Virus record (IMG/VR): IMGVR_UViG_3300007972_000002
Span: 1 to 43,525 of that record
Reading direction: 5' to 3' (one strand)
DNA from: a virus
Lineage: Duplodnaviria; Caudoviricetes
DNA length: 43,525 bases
Of this stretch, positions 26,452 to 34,820 are shown one piece after another. Numbering within the stretch: position 1 is the first letter of the stretch; each line of letters begins with the position of its first letter. A program made the translations under genes and the position numbers. Below the pieces are notes generated by a model. It worked only from the letters and a program-made list of their open reading frames with translations, did not search any database and was not told the DNA's origin.

Positions 26452-26954
26452 TCTTTTTTACTCCTCATGTCCGCCAGCTTCTCAACCGTGCGACCACCAA
26501 AATATGCAAGGAAGATGATTTGGCCCCACTGGCCCAGCAGATTTACGTAGCTCTCTTGTGCGTTATAGCCAAACGCCGACATCATGGTGAACAGAAAAAA
26601 TGCCACAAAAATAGCGATCAGAGCCATCGGGCGGATGTTTTTGGACAACCAAGAGTCGGACGACATGTCCGCTTTCCATCGATCAGAGATGTTGTTGTTC
26701 TCGTTTTGAATGGCGGCAGCAAAGGCCTGCAACTCGTCAATGCCGAGCTTTTTCTCTTCGATACGGAGGCGCAAAAGCTCTTCTTGGTGGTCCATCTCGT
26801 ACTGCCGGAGCTTGAGCGTATCGGCATCAGAAAGAGGTCCGTCGAGCTTGACGCCGGTCTTTTCTTCAACCCAGTCTTTGCCCTTGGCCATCACGGCATT
26901 GCCGATCAGACTCAGACCCTGGGACAGAAGGGGTGCGAGAAGTGCTGGAATCAT
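26448..26954 (-). CDS. putative holin (GTA 3TM-holin-like)
   Basis: DSWLSKNIRP, two C-terminal TM segments, AYFGGRTVEK; directly upstream of the endolysin. Confidence 0.75.
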   Translation of the reverse strand: MIPALLAPLLSQGLSLIGNAVMAKGKDWVEEKTGVKLDGPLSDADTLKLRQYEMDHQEELLRLRIEEKKLGIDELQAFAAAIQNENNNISDRWKADMSSDSWLSKNIRPMALIAIFVAFFLFTMMSAFGYNAQESYVNLLGQWGQIIFLAYFGGRTVEKLADMRSKKE

Positions 26955-27223
26955 GGCTTTTTCCCTATGCGCTCACGCTCTTCGAGGAGCCTGACTTTGA
27001 CTTGCAACTCATTGATGTGTGTCATCAACTGCTCTTTGATGATGGCTCTGCGCTCGGCAGAAATAGGGCTGTCCGTAGGGACGCCCTCTTTGGTGATCAA
27101 GGCCGGCATTTGGCCCTCGATCCTGGTCAGGCGCTCAGAAAAGCTGTTGACCTGGCCCAAAAGCCATGCCAGGGACATGACCACGATTGGGATAACTGCC
27201 TTAAGTACGTCTGACCAATTCAT
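26951..27223 (-). CDS. membrane-anchored coiled-coil protein (lysis cassette)
   Basis: N-terminal TM (AVIPIVVMSLAWLL) plus coiled coil. Confidence 0.7.
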   Translation of the reverse strand: MNWSDVLKAVIPIVVMSLAWLLGQVNSFSERLTRIEGQMPALITKEGVPTDSPISAERRAIIKEQLMTHINELQVKVRLLEERERIGKKP

Positions 27224-27232
27224 CTCTGCTCC

Positions 27233-27445
27233 TTACATGGTTGCTCCCGATGCAGCAGGAACCGTCGTGATCTCAATCGCCACTGACTTTTGCAAGTTCA
27301 GTGGTTGCCCGCAATCGGCGCAGATGTCTGCGTCGATCTCGGACTGATCCAGGTCGTAGCCGCACGCACCGCAGAGAACTTCCACGGCGTGTGCGGGCTC
27401 GATACTGCCGTCAGGCAGCGTCCGTGACGGGCTTTGCAGCTTCAT
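27233..27445 (-). CDS. zinc-ribbon protein (70 aa)
   Basis: CGAC...CADC; probable start MKLQSP at 27445. Confidence 0.65.
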   Translation of the reverse strand: MKLQSPSRTLPDGSIEPAHAVEVLCGACGYDLDQSEIDADICADCGQPLNLQKSVAIEITTVPAASGATM

Positions 27446-27596
27446 CGGTGTTTGCCATATCAGGCATTTGGATTTGGGGCTGCACTTCACCGTGGATGGC
27501 ATTGACAATCTGGAACACCTCACCGTAGGGCTTAGTTCCCAAATAGTTCAAGATACCGTTCATGAGTTGCAGGCTGACTTTGACTTCTTCATTCAT
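27411..27596 (-). CDS. small conserved phage protein
   Basis: MNEEVKVSLQLMNGILNYLGTKPYGEV; GGAG upstream of the ATG at 27596. Confidence 0.75.
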   Translation of the reverse strand: MNEEVKVSLQLMNGILNYLGTKPYGEVFQIVNAIHGEVQPQIQMPDMANTDEAAKPVTDAA

Positions 27597-27613
27597 GGAT
27601 TTCTTCTCCAAAG

Positions 27614-27644
27614 CATCGCTGAAATGGGGCAGCGATGGAACCCC
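27614..27644 (-). other. intergenic hairpin with possible pseudoknot
   Basis: CAUCGCUG/CAGCGAUG 8-bp stem; loop CCCCAUUU; upstream GGGG. Confidence 0.4.
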
Positions 27645-27651
27645 TCATCTA

Positions 27652-27981
27652 TTATGCCCAAGGGTTGGGAAGAATCACTGACGGAGGGTTCAGCATCTGC
27701 TCAATTTGTGAGTCCAGGCCAGCTTCAACGGCGGCTTGATCTACTCCAGATGCCCACACCCATCCCAATACTTGATCTTGCGTCAAGTTGGAGTAAGCGG
27801 TGAAGTCTTGAGTGCTGGGTGGGCCAAAGTGGGCATACCCATAGCTTGACGCATTGGTTGGCGTATCGCCGCCAGTGGTTGCACTGCAATTCCATTGACA
27901 AGAGATCACCACATCAGTCAGGCCATCGTCAGAAGGCTTGGTATCCATGTAAGCGATTGCCCAAGTGTAAGTGTTTGCCAT
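27652..27981 (-). CDS. tail-fibre-associated small protein
   Basis: MANTYTWAI...DVV...FTAYSNLTQDQVLGWVW...PW; family that follows S74-type fibres. Confidence 0.75.
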   Translation of the reverse strand: MANTYTWAIAYMDTKPSDDGLTDVVISCQWNCSATTGGDTPTNASSYGYAHFGPPSTQDFTAYSNLTQDQVLGWVWASGVDQAAVEAGLDSQIEQMLNPPSVILPNPWA

Positions 27982-27982
27982 A

Positions 27983-28882
27983 TCAAATTTCCTTTAAAAG
28001 TTCAGGTACACGGTTCCATTCATGCTGTCTCAGGGCAATCACTGAGTCATACCAAACAGCATTCTTCCATCTCCAGCAGACATAATCGTCTTCTGGCAAC
28101 AGCACGATACATTTCACGCCCAAAGCGCCAGCCATGTGCGCCGTTCCAGTGTCCACCGTGACAACAGCTTTCATGGACTTCATGTGTTCTGCTGTCTTCT
28201 GCCAATCTTTTTTCCAGCCGTTGTCAGGTAACTTGATGAACGGGCCATCCTCTTCTGGGTTCAGGCTGTATGCGTTCTTGCCCACAAGCTCCATCATGCG
28301 CTCTGGGGTCGTGCTTTTAATCCCGTGCAGGTAACGCCTTGAAGCGCCCCAGTTCACGCCAACAAAGGGCAGTATCTGGCTTGGCTTGGCATCTAAATAC
28401 CCCTCGCTTCCAATGACCTTGTTTTGAGTTATTGGGAACAGCGCACGAACAGGAGCAGGGCAGTGCAAAGCAATGAATGGAAGGCTCATCGATCCGATCC
28501 AATAATCGCATTCTTGGGATATGCCTTCTTTTTCGTTGTTGGTAATGTGATCGATACAAGGGATTTGAGCGTACAAATACGCCAATGGCAGGGTAGACAG
28601 CACCACCAGCTTACTTGCCCCCAAAACCTTCAGGATGGGCAGGAAACGCATGAATTGGATGCAGTCACCATAGCCCATTTCCATTTGGACAACGATTGAC
28701 TTTCCTTGAAGCGGCTCACCCTTCCACACGGGCGATGGGGTGTACTTCTCAAAAGGCTCATCAAGCGTTGCAATTGCATCTGGATGCCAGCGGTATTCAA
28801 ACAAACGAAACCCCGTGGCATAGTCACCCGAATGAAGGTGAGCATACGCTTGGTGATACAGATCAACGGGGGTGTGGTTCAT
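27983..28882 (-). CDS. GT-B glycosyltransferase (GT9-like, with TPR-like N-terminal helix)
   Basis: GFRLFEYRW, WKGEPL.GK, EMGYGDCIQFMRF, VTVDTGTAHMAGALG, WRW...WY; probable start at 28882. Confidence 0.85.
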   Translation of the reverse strand: MNHTPVDLYHQAYAHLHSGDYATGFRLFEYRWHPDAIATLDEPFEKYTPSPVWKGEPLQGKSIVVQMEMGYGDCIQFMRFLPILKVLGASKLVVLSTLPLAYLYAQIPCIDHITNNEKEGISQECDYWIGSMSLPFIALHCPAPVRALFPITQNKVIGSEGYLDAKPSQILPFVGVNWGASRRYLHGIKSTTPERMMELVGKNAYSLNPEEDGPFIKLPDNGWKKDWQKTAEHMKSMKAVVTVDTGTAHMAGALGVKCIVLLPEDDYVCWRWKNAVWYDSVIALRQHEWNRVPELLKEI

Positions 28883-28884
28883 TT

Positions 28885-28920
28885 TTAAACTGCGCTGATG
28901 TTCCAAACTATTGTTGACAT
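28885..28920 (-). pseudogene. truncated relic of a tail-fibre-associated gene (MSTIVWNISAV*)
   Basis: 11-codon ORF with AGGAG RBS immediately after the fibre stop; resembles the N-terminus of 27652..27981. Confidence 0.4.
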
Positions 28921-28923
28921 GGT

Positions 28924-31695
28924 TTATGCTCCTTCTAAAGCGGTTATACGGGCGGTAAGTTGGGTGATGAGGGATTGTTGTTCTTGGATGGCTTTGACAA
29001 ACAAGGGATACCAATCAATTGAATAGGTCATCATCTCTGGGTCTTCCAGCGTTGGTACGATGGCCTCTGGCATAACTGTTTGTACTTCTTGCGAAATAAA
29101 TCCAGCCATTTTTCTGCCGGGTTCTTTTTTGTATTCAAAATATCGTGGACGCAACCCCAATACTTGAGACAGTCCATTGCTGTAATCAACAATGTTTTGT
29201 TTTAAACGCTCATCAGAGGTTATTGGTGTGATGACAGCAGATGTGGCAAAAATAGTCCCACCCAAGCCAACATAAAAACGATATGCCGCCGCACCAGTTG
29301 AATATGCCTCATAAACAGTCGCAGCTCCATCTGTTGATGCCGCATTAACAACAACAGGACGGCCTCCCAATACTTTAAATCCTGCTCCAATTGTTCCGGA
29401 AGAATCAGTAGTCCCCACCAGCAAGTTACCGCTGGAGTCGATACGCATGGCTTCAGTTGAACCACGAGTAAACGAAAGAAATGAATTGTTTGTAATGTCC
29501 CAACTGTTTGTGTTTGTGTCGTTAATGCGGAATGTCACAGGGCCAGCGCCTGAGATATGCAAGCGAGTTGCAGGACTTGTAGTCCCAACACCCAAGTTAC
29601 CGCTGGAGTCGATGCGGGCTCGTTCACTAAGTGAACCACCAGTCGCCGTGTAAAAAGTCAATCTGCCAACAGCATTGGTAGTGGACGACCCATCTGTTTG
29701 GACAAGCATTCCACCAAGCAATTGATACCCAGAAGCGCCTGTAGTCTTTCCTAAAAATTGAGCGGCGGTTGAATCGGCGGCAGTTAAATCCGTCTGCCCC
29801 ATAATAATGCCAGACCCACTTGCTTTTCCAACCGCAAGCAAAGCGTATGTGCCGCCTAAAGAGGTTATGTTTGGCGTAACACCCAATCCCAAGTTACCGC
29901 TGGAGTCGATACGGGCTCGTTCTGTGCCGTAATCAGCATCGCTTGATCCTGCGGCATTTCTTGTGCTGAATAGGATATTGCCACCACTGTCGTTAGTGGT
30001 AGAAAATATATTCATATTTCTAGCTGAGCTATCAAAATACAAACCTTGACGGTAGGAATTGTCATATACTGTTGCAACACGGAATTGACCCCAATCAGTC
30101 TGAATGCTTCCGTTAACAGCAACTTTTGGAGTTCCAGAAACATTTATCGTAGCCCCCACCAGCAAGTTACCGCTGGAGTCAATAATCATCGCATCCCTGC
30201 CAACAGAAGCATTGGATGAGTATTGCGAAAAATACAATGGAGCCGCCGTACCAGTTGTATTTCCAACTGCCGCTAACCTACCTAAATTTTGCGATGTTAG
30301 GTAATCAATAAAGAAAGAAGATGCCGTTAAAGCGGTGGCTGGGCCTATTGATGCAACAACACCATTAACAGTTAATTTCTGTGTAGGCGAAGTCGTCCCA
30401 ATACCCAAGTTACCGCTGGAGTCGAGAGTTGCACTAACACCACCTCCAGTAACTAACTTCATAGCGTTTGATTCGCTACGCAAACGCACATTACCGCTAG
30501 TTGTTCCTGTATCTACCATCAGCAAATCAGCGGTACTTGAACCACTACTAATTCGTGCATTACCACCAGAAACATCAAGTTTTTGTGATGGCGAAGTCGT
30601 CCCAATCCCCAAGTTACCGCTTGCATCAAGCGTCATTGCTTGGGTAAAGGTGATGGCGTTATTTGCTGTGCCAGATGCGGTAGAAGTTTTCCAAATATGT
30701 TGTCCACTCAATTGTTGATATTGAGTAGCGTAGCCTGTACCAGTAAAAAGAAAACCACTGTTGTAATATGCGTTTTGTAATATATTTACTTGGGCGTTTC
30801 CTGTAAACAATCCATATTCGGATTGAAGTGTTACTAAGTTAGAAGCACTAGGCGTAACACCCACTCCCAAGTTACCGCTGGAGGTAATACGCATAGACTC
30901 CACGCCACCCTCAGTAAAGGCAATAGTGTCAGCCGCTGGAAACCATATGCCCGTGTTTGTGTCGCCTGTCGTGGTGATGGCGGGAAGTGCCGCTGTTCCA
31001 GCAGAAAATGTTGCAACGCCCGTAGCACTGAGCGTGGTGAACGACCCAGCAGCCGCAGTATTAGCACCAATAATTCCATCAAAGTTGGCTGCGTTAATTC
31101 TTCCGCTTACCCCTAAACCACCTGTGATTACAAGTGTTCCTGTCCCGGTAGTGGTTGAAGCAGTGCCTGCGGTAAAAGTTGTTGCTCCGTTACTTGTTAA
31201 TGTGGTGAACGCACCGGTAGACGCGGACGACGCGCCAATGGGCGTGCCGTCAATTGCACCACCATTGATGTCGACAAAGTCAAACATCTGGATGACGTTT
31301 GTTCCATCTACGTACAGGTGAGCTTTGCGGCCGTTGGTTACGGTGATGCCTGTGCCGGCAGAAGTCTTCACCGTGATGCTTTGGCCACCGGTCGTGTTGT
31401 TCTGGACGATGTACTGTTTCTGGCTGGTGGGAACAATCAGCTCGCGCGTGGCCGTCAGGGCACCAAACACGGAGGTCACGTTGAGGACCAGGCACCGTGA
31501 TGCTTGGGACGCGCTGCTGTTGGTGATGCTGATGGTCAGGTTGGCGTCCGACACATAATCAATGTTGCCATAGCCAATGACGGCCTGCTCCATGGCCGTG
31601 CCCAGGTTGGTATTGGTGTTGGTGCCCCAAGTGCCTGAGTTCTCACCTGTGGCCATCAACTCAATTTTAAGACTGCTTGAATAACTGCTTGGCAT
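28924..31695 (-). CDS. tail fibre with C-terminal peptidase S74 intramolecular chaperone
   Basis: N-terminal anchor (GENSGTWG..TN.NL); seven SGNL repeats; SDERLKQNI...GFISQEVQ...KAIQE chaperone domain. Confidence 0.92.
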   Translation of the reverse strand: MPSSYSSSLKIELMATGENSGTWGTNTNTNLGTAMEQAVIGYGNIDYVSDANLTISITNSSASQASRCLVLNVTSVFGALTATRELIVPTSQKQYIVQNNTTGGQSITVKTSAGTGITVTNGRKAHLYVDGTNVIQMFDFVDINGGAIDGTPIGASSASTGAFTTLTSNGATTFTAGTASTTTGTGTLVITGGLGVSGRINAANFDGIIGANTAAAGSFTTLSATGVATFSAGTAALPAITTTGDTNTGIWFPAADTIAFTEGGVESMRITSSGNLGVGVTPSASNLVTLQSEYGLFTGNAQVNILQNAYYNSGFLFTGTGYATQYQQLSGQHIWKTSTASGTANNAITFTQAMTLDASGNLGIGTTSPSQKLDVSGGNARISSGSSTADLLMVDTGTTSGNVRLRSESNAMKLVTGGGVSATLDSSGNLGIGTTSPTQKLTVNGVVASIGPATALTASSFFIDYLTSQNLGRLAAVGNTTGTAAPLYFSQYSSNASVGRDAMIIDSSGNLLVGATINVSGTPKVAVNGSIQTDWGQFRVATVYDNSYRQGLYFDSSARNMNIFSTTNDSGGNILFSTRNAAGSSDADYGTERARIDSSGNLGLGVTPNITSLGGTYALLAVGKASGSGIIMGQTDLTAADSTAAQFLGKTTGASGYQLLGGMLVQTDGSSTTNAVGRLTFYTATGGSLSERARIDSSGNLGVGTTSPATRLHISGAGPVTFRINDTNTNSWDITNNSFLSFTRGSTEAMRIDSSGNLLVGTTDSSGTIGAGFKVLGGRPVVVNAASTDGAATVYEAYSTGAAAYRFYVGLGGTIFATSAVITPITSDERLKQNIVDYSNGLSQVLGLRPRYFEYKKEPGRKMAGFISQEVQTVMPEAIVPTLEDPEMMTYSIDWYPLFVKAIQEQQSLITQLTARITALEGA
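29422..30883. repeat. seven dispersed direct repeats within the tail fibre
   Basis: CAAGTTACCGCTGGAGTC at 29422, 29593, 29890, 30163 and 30406; 16-bp copy at 30868; 12-bp copy at 30610. Confidence 0.95.
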
Positions 31696-31705
31696 GTTCT
31701 TTCCT

Positions 31706-32410
31706 TTACGTTGGGACCTGAGTCCAAGTCACTGTATTTCCGTCGTTGACAACGACCCAATTACCTGACTGTGAATCGTTCACATTTTGCCAGTTAGGCG
31801 TCTGATTGTCATCTACTACGTTCCAAACCAATACGCTTCCAATCTGACCCTGCGCAGAAACACCCGTGACAAAGACGCTTGCGTTGGCTGCCGTCGTGAC
31901 GCTGCCAACAAATCCCGTGGCCTGCAACCCTGTAACAGGCACATTTGCTGTCCCCTGAATGGACACCGAACCAAGGGCCATCGTGCCGGCAACACCGGTG
32001 ACAGACACGTTAGCGGCCCCCTGAGTGGATACCGAGCCTACCTGGCCCGTGGCCTGCACGCCTGTAACAAACACATCCGCGTTGGCGGCTACCGTGACGT
32101 TGCCCAGGGCCATCGTGCCCTGCACGCCCGTGAGCGTGACGTTGGCGGTACCCGTCATGGTCACCGAGCCTACCTGGCCCGTTGCGCTTACGCCCGTAAC
32201 GCTGACATCAGCGTTAGCCGTGACAGTAACCGCACCCAAAAAGGCTGTTGCGCTTACCCCAGAAAGTAAAACGACCGCGTCAGCGGTCACCTGCACGGAG
32301 CCTACGGCCCCAGTGGCTTTGATGTCGAGAACACCCTCTCCCCAGGGCTGTTCGCCCCAGCCTACGCCGGACGCATTCCAGCCTTGAAAGGCAACAACGA
32401 CATCAGCCAC
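31706..32410 (-). CDS. virion protein with 22-aa tandem beta repeats
   Basis: About 7 repeats of ATGxVGSVxxxAxAxVxVTGVx; 20-bp DNA repeat at 32031 and 32163. Confidence 0.8.
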   Translation of the reverse strand: MADVVVAFQGWNASGVGWGEQPWGEGVLDIKATGAVGSVQVTADAVVLLSGVSATAFLGAVTVTANADVSVTGVSATGQVGSVTMTGTANVTLTGVQGTMALGNVTVAANADVFVTGVQATGQVGSVSTQGAANVSVTGVAGTMALGSVSIQGTANVPVTGLQATGFVGSVTTAANASVFVTGVSAQGQIGSVLVWNVVDDNQTPNWQNVNDSQSGNWVVVNDGNTVTWTQVPT

Positions 32411-32422
32411 ATGTGCTCCTCA

Positions 32423-32860
32423 TCAGGCAATGCGGATGATGGCGTTGGTGGAGTCGGCAGTTGGGAAGATGATGGTAAAAGTGCCACTGGTGGACGTCTT
32501 TGCACCGCCAAAATCCAAAACGCAAACAGTGGGGTCGCCCGAAGCCGTGTCGTTGTAAATCAACGCGCCAAAGGCCGTGATGGTGGCACTGGTGAACGAC
32601 AAGTCAGCGAAGTCCGTGAACGCAGTGGTTCCCGTAGACGTTGGCGTGACGTTGGTCAACGCGCCACCGCCCGCCACATACGAGCCTGAAGCGGCCACCT
32701 CGTTGGTGACCGTATAGGCGGTCGTCGCTGCAGTAAACGATGCACTGTTGTCGTACAGCGCCAGCTTGAACGTGTTGCCCGTGCTGGTTGTAAAGTTATG
32801 CACGGCCCTCATCAGCTCCACTTTGAAGCTGGTGCACATGAAATTGCCTGAAAATGCCAT
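32423..32860 (-). CDS. virion structural protein
   Basis: 145 aa; CTSFKVEL, FKLALY, GALIYND, VLDFG, AIIRIA; recurrent in tail modules. Confidence 0.8.
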   Translation of the reverse strand: MAFSGNFMCTSFKVELMRAVHNFTTSTGNTFKLALYDNSASFTAATTAYTVTNEVAASGSYVAGGGALTNVTPTSTGTTAFTDFADLSFTSATITAFGALIYNDTASGDPTVCVLDFGGAKTSTSGTFTIIFPTADSTNAIIRIA

Positions 32861-32862
32861 TT

Positions 32863-33150
32863 TTAATCTCCTAACAAATGAACCAAGTCGGGGTGACCTG
32901 CCTCGCGCAGGCGCAGGGCGATAGTTGCTCGGTCCTGTTCAACCGCCTCTCTCAAATAAAACGCCACAACCTGCTTGACGCTGTCCTTGAAAGCTCTTGC
33001 CTGGGCCTGCACCGCCGGGTGAGACTGATCGCCAACGTAGATGATCTTGTCGGCGGCACGCGCGGCCAACTCTTCCGCCGTCCAACCACGCGATTGCGTG
33101 GTTTCGACAAAAACACTGCCTACATGTACGGGTGCTGATGCTGTGATCAT
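32863..33150 (-). CDS. conserved hypothetical protein
   Basis: 95 aa; RGWTAEELA...QARAFK; ATGA overlap. Confidence 0.75.
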   Translation of the reverse strand: MITASAPVHVGSVFVETTQSRGWTAEELAARAADKIIYVGDQSHPAVQAQARAFKDSVKQVVAFYLREAVEQDRATIALRLREAGHPDLVHLLGD

Positions 33151-33806
33151 GGTCCAGGTGAATCCGATTTAAGTGGGATGCGAAGCATGCCATCACGATA
33201 TTCGTCACGGCGGCGACGGCCTTGTTGCTCTGCGCCCAGACCTTGAATGGCCTCTTTATAGGCATTGCGAAAGTACTGCATCATTTCAGTAGGTCCTTTC
33301 GTGTAGCTATAGGCTTGAATCAGGCACGCGTACAACAAAGCCTCAGGGGCATTATTGCTGATCCAAGTGGTCGAATTGGCCGACGACAACTGCGTTGGAC
33401 GGTAGATGTACCCCAGCTCCACGCTGTAGCTTTGATTTGGCGTTGGAGCAATATAAAACGTGTTCTGGTCCCACACAGAATAATACTTGGGCGTGCCCTG
33501 CGTGGTGCCATTGGCCCAATACTCTTTCATGAAGGACGTGTCCCGGAAGTCCAGGAATAGTTGGTCGCCGCTGGTGGGCGTCAGAATCATGTACCGGTGC
33601 GTCAGAAGGTCCGTAGGAGCGGTCAGGAACTTGTTGCCCTGGGTCATGCTGCCTGTGACCTCCAGCTTGAAGACGTCCAGGTCAATCTCACGAAGAATCT
33701 GGTTCTCCGCCATAGTGATAAAGGTATCTATTACCGCACTGGTAAACACGTTACTGTTCACCTCGGTATAGTTTCTGATGTTGGTGACAAGTTCGTTGTA
33801 GGTCAT
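33147..33806 (-). CDS. head-tail adaptor / tail tubular protein A-like
   Basis: MTYNELVTNI, GTPKYY, IAPTP, TWIS.NAP.ALLYACL motifs. Confidence 0.75.
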   Translation of the reverse strand: MTYNELVTNIRNYTEVNSNVFTSAVIDTFITMAENQILREIDLDVFKLEVTGSMTQGNKFLTAPTDLLTHRYMILTPTSGDQLFLDFRDTSFMKEYWANGTTQGTPKYYSVWDQNTFYIAPTPNQSYSVELGYIYRPTQLSSANSTTWISNNAPEALLYACLIQAYSYTKGPTEMMQYFRNAYKEAIQGLGAEQQGRRRRDEYRDGMLRIPLKSDSPGP

Positions 33807-34153
33807 GTGATACTCACTGTCACTGATCCGACAACGCCTTGCGCAATGAGCGCCTGGTCCTGGACATACGGTTGCATGTTGGTGCCCCCTCGGACGCTGC
33901 CGTAGCTTTGAAAGGCCGTAAAGCCTGGCGCGCCAACAAAGACGGACACAGGCTCAATACGGTCGGGTCTTGGGTCACGCAATGCAATGGCGTCGCCCCG
34001 GTAGCGCAACGGCTCAAGCTGGGGCTCTTTTGGCTCATAGTCATCCGGGCACACCATAAACCCGCGCCAGTTTTTGCGCAGGTTGTTGTACTTGTACCGC
34101 TGTCCGCAGTAGTCGCACAGCCCGTATGAATATATGCCAGTTGCAAAGGCCAC
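33803..34153 (-). CDS. conserved Cys-containing morphogenesis protein
   Basis: CDYCGQRY...W.G.MVC...EPKEPQL...ALRDPRPD; GTG start at 34153. Confidence 0.75.
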   Translation of the reverse strand: MAFATGIYSYGLCDYCGQRYKYNNLRKNWRGFMVCPDDYEPKEPQLEPLRYRGDAIALRDPRPDRIEPVSVFVGAPGFTAFQSYGSVRGGTNMQPYVQDQALIAQGVVGSVTVSIT

Positions 34154-34154
34154 G

Positions 34155-34820
34155 TCATACCCCCAAGTCCGGTACGAACTGCACGCTGGCAGTGTCTCGG
34201 TCTTCCATCGCTGCGCGCAGGAAGTCTTCTTCGTAGATTGCCTTGAGCGCGGCCACGCGGTCAGCAGCAAACTTGAGCGATAGATAGTAGGCCAGGCCCG
34301 ACGCCAGGCATGGCAAAAATCTAAAATTTACATCAGACGTGTTGGTGTACGCGCCTGCATCCTGAATGCGCCGAATGCGGTAATACACGAAGGTGTAGTT
34401 CTGGTCCGCTGCCGGATAAAAATACACCTTGGGGGTATTGGTGCGCTCTACATAAAACTGAGCAGGTCGGGCCTGCGTGGTTTTATCCGGCACGTTGAGG
34501 TAGTCTTCACGGCTGATGCGCTCAATGTAGACGTCTGTGTTGATGCCTTGGTTGTTTTGGCGAATGATGGCCTCAAGCACATTTACCACATCAGTGGGCA
34601 ACGAAATGCTGCTGGTCCCCTGCACTAGGGCATAAGTGGCCTGTTCAATGGTCCACAAATTCAACCCGCGATTGGCCCAGTCGAGGAACAGCAAGTTGAG
34701 CGAGCGACGAGCTGACGTGAGCTGATACCCACTGGTCGGCCGCATGCCACAGCGCTCAAACGCCTCTTCGATTAAGTCATCAATCGACAGGTCAAAGGTG
34801 GTTGTGTTGGAGGTTGTCAT
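34155..34820 (-). CDS. head-tail connector / adaptor protein
   Basis: IEEAFERCG, ARRSLNLLF.DWANRGLNLW, RFLPCLASGLAYY. Confidence 0.75.
   Translation of the reverse strand: MTTSNTTTFDLSIDDLIEEAFERCGMRPTSGYQLTSARRSLNLLFLDWANRGLNLWTIEQATYALVQGTSSISLPTDVVNVLEAIIRQNNQGINTDVYIERISREDYLNVPDKTTQARPAQFYVERTNTPKVYFYPAADQNYTFVYYRIRRIQDAGAYTNTSDVNFRFLPCLASGLAYYLSLKFAADRVAALKAIYEEDFLRAAMEDRDTASVQFVPDLGV

Noticed and set aside
28883-29014. N-terminal extension of the glycosyltransferase ORF to 29014
   Set aside because: It overlaps the fibre C-terminus; recognisable sequence begins near the ATG at 28882.
29422-30883. Tail-fibre repeats as a CRISPR array or invertible shufflon
   Set aside because: Spacers are 150-280 bp, in frame and coding; all repeats are direct; no cas or invertase gene is present.
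28924-31695. Diversity-generating retroelement acting on the fibre
   Set aside because: No reverse transcriptase and no ~100-bp template/variable repeat pair differing at adenines was seen.
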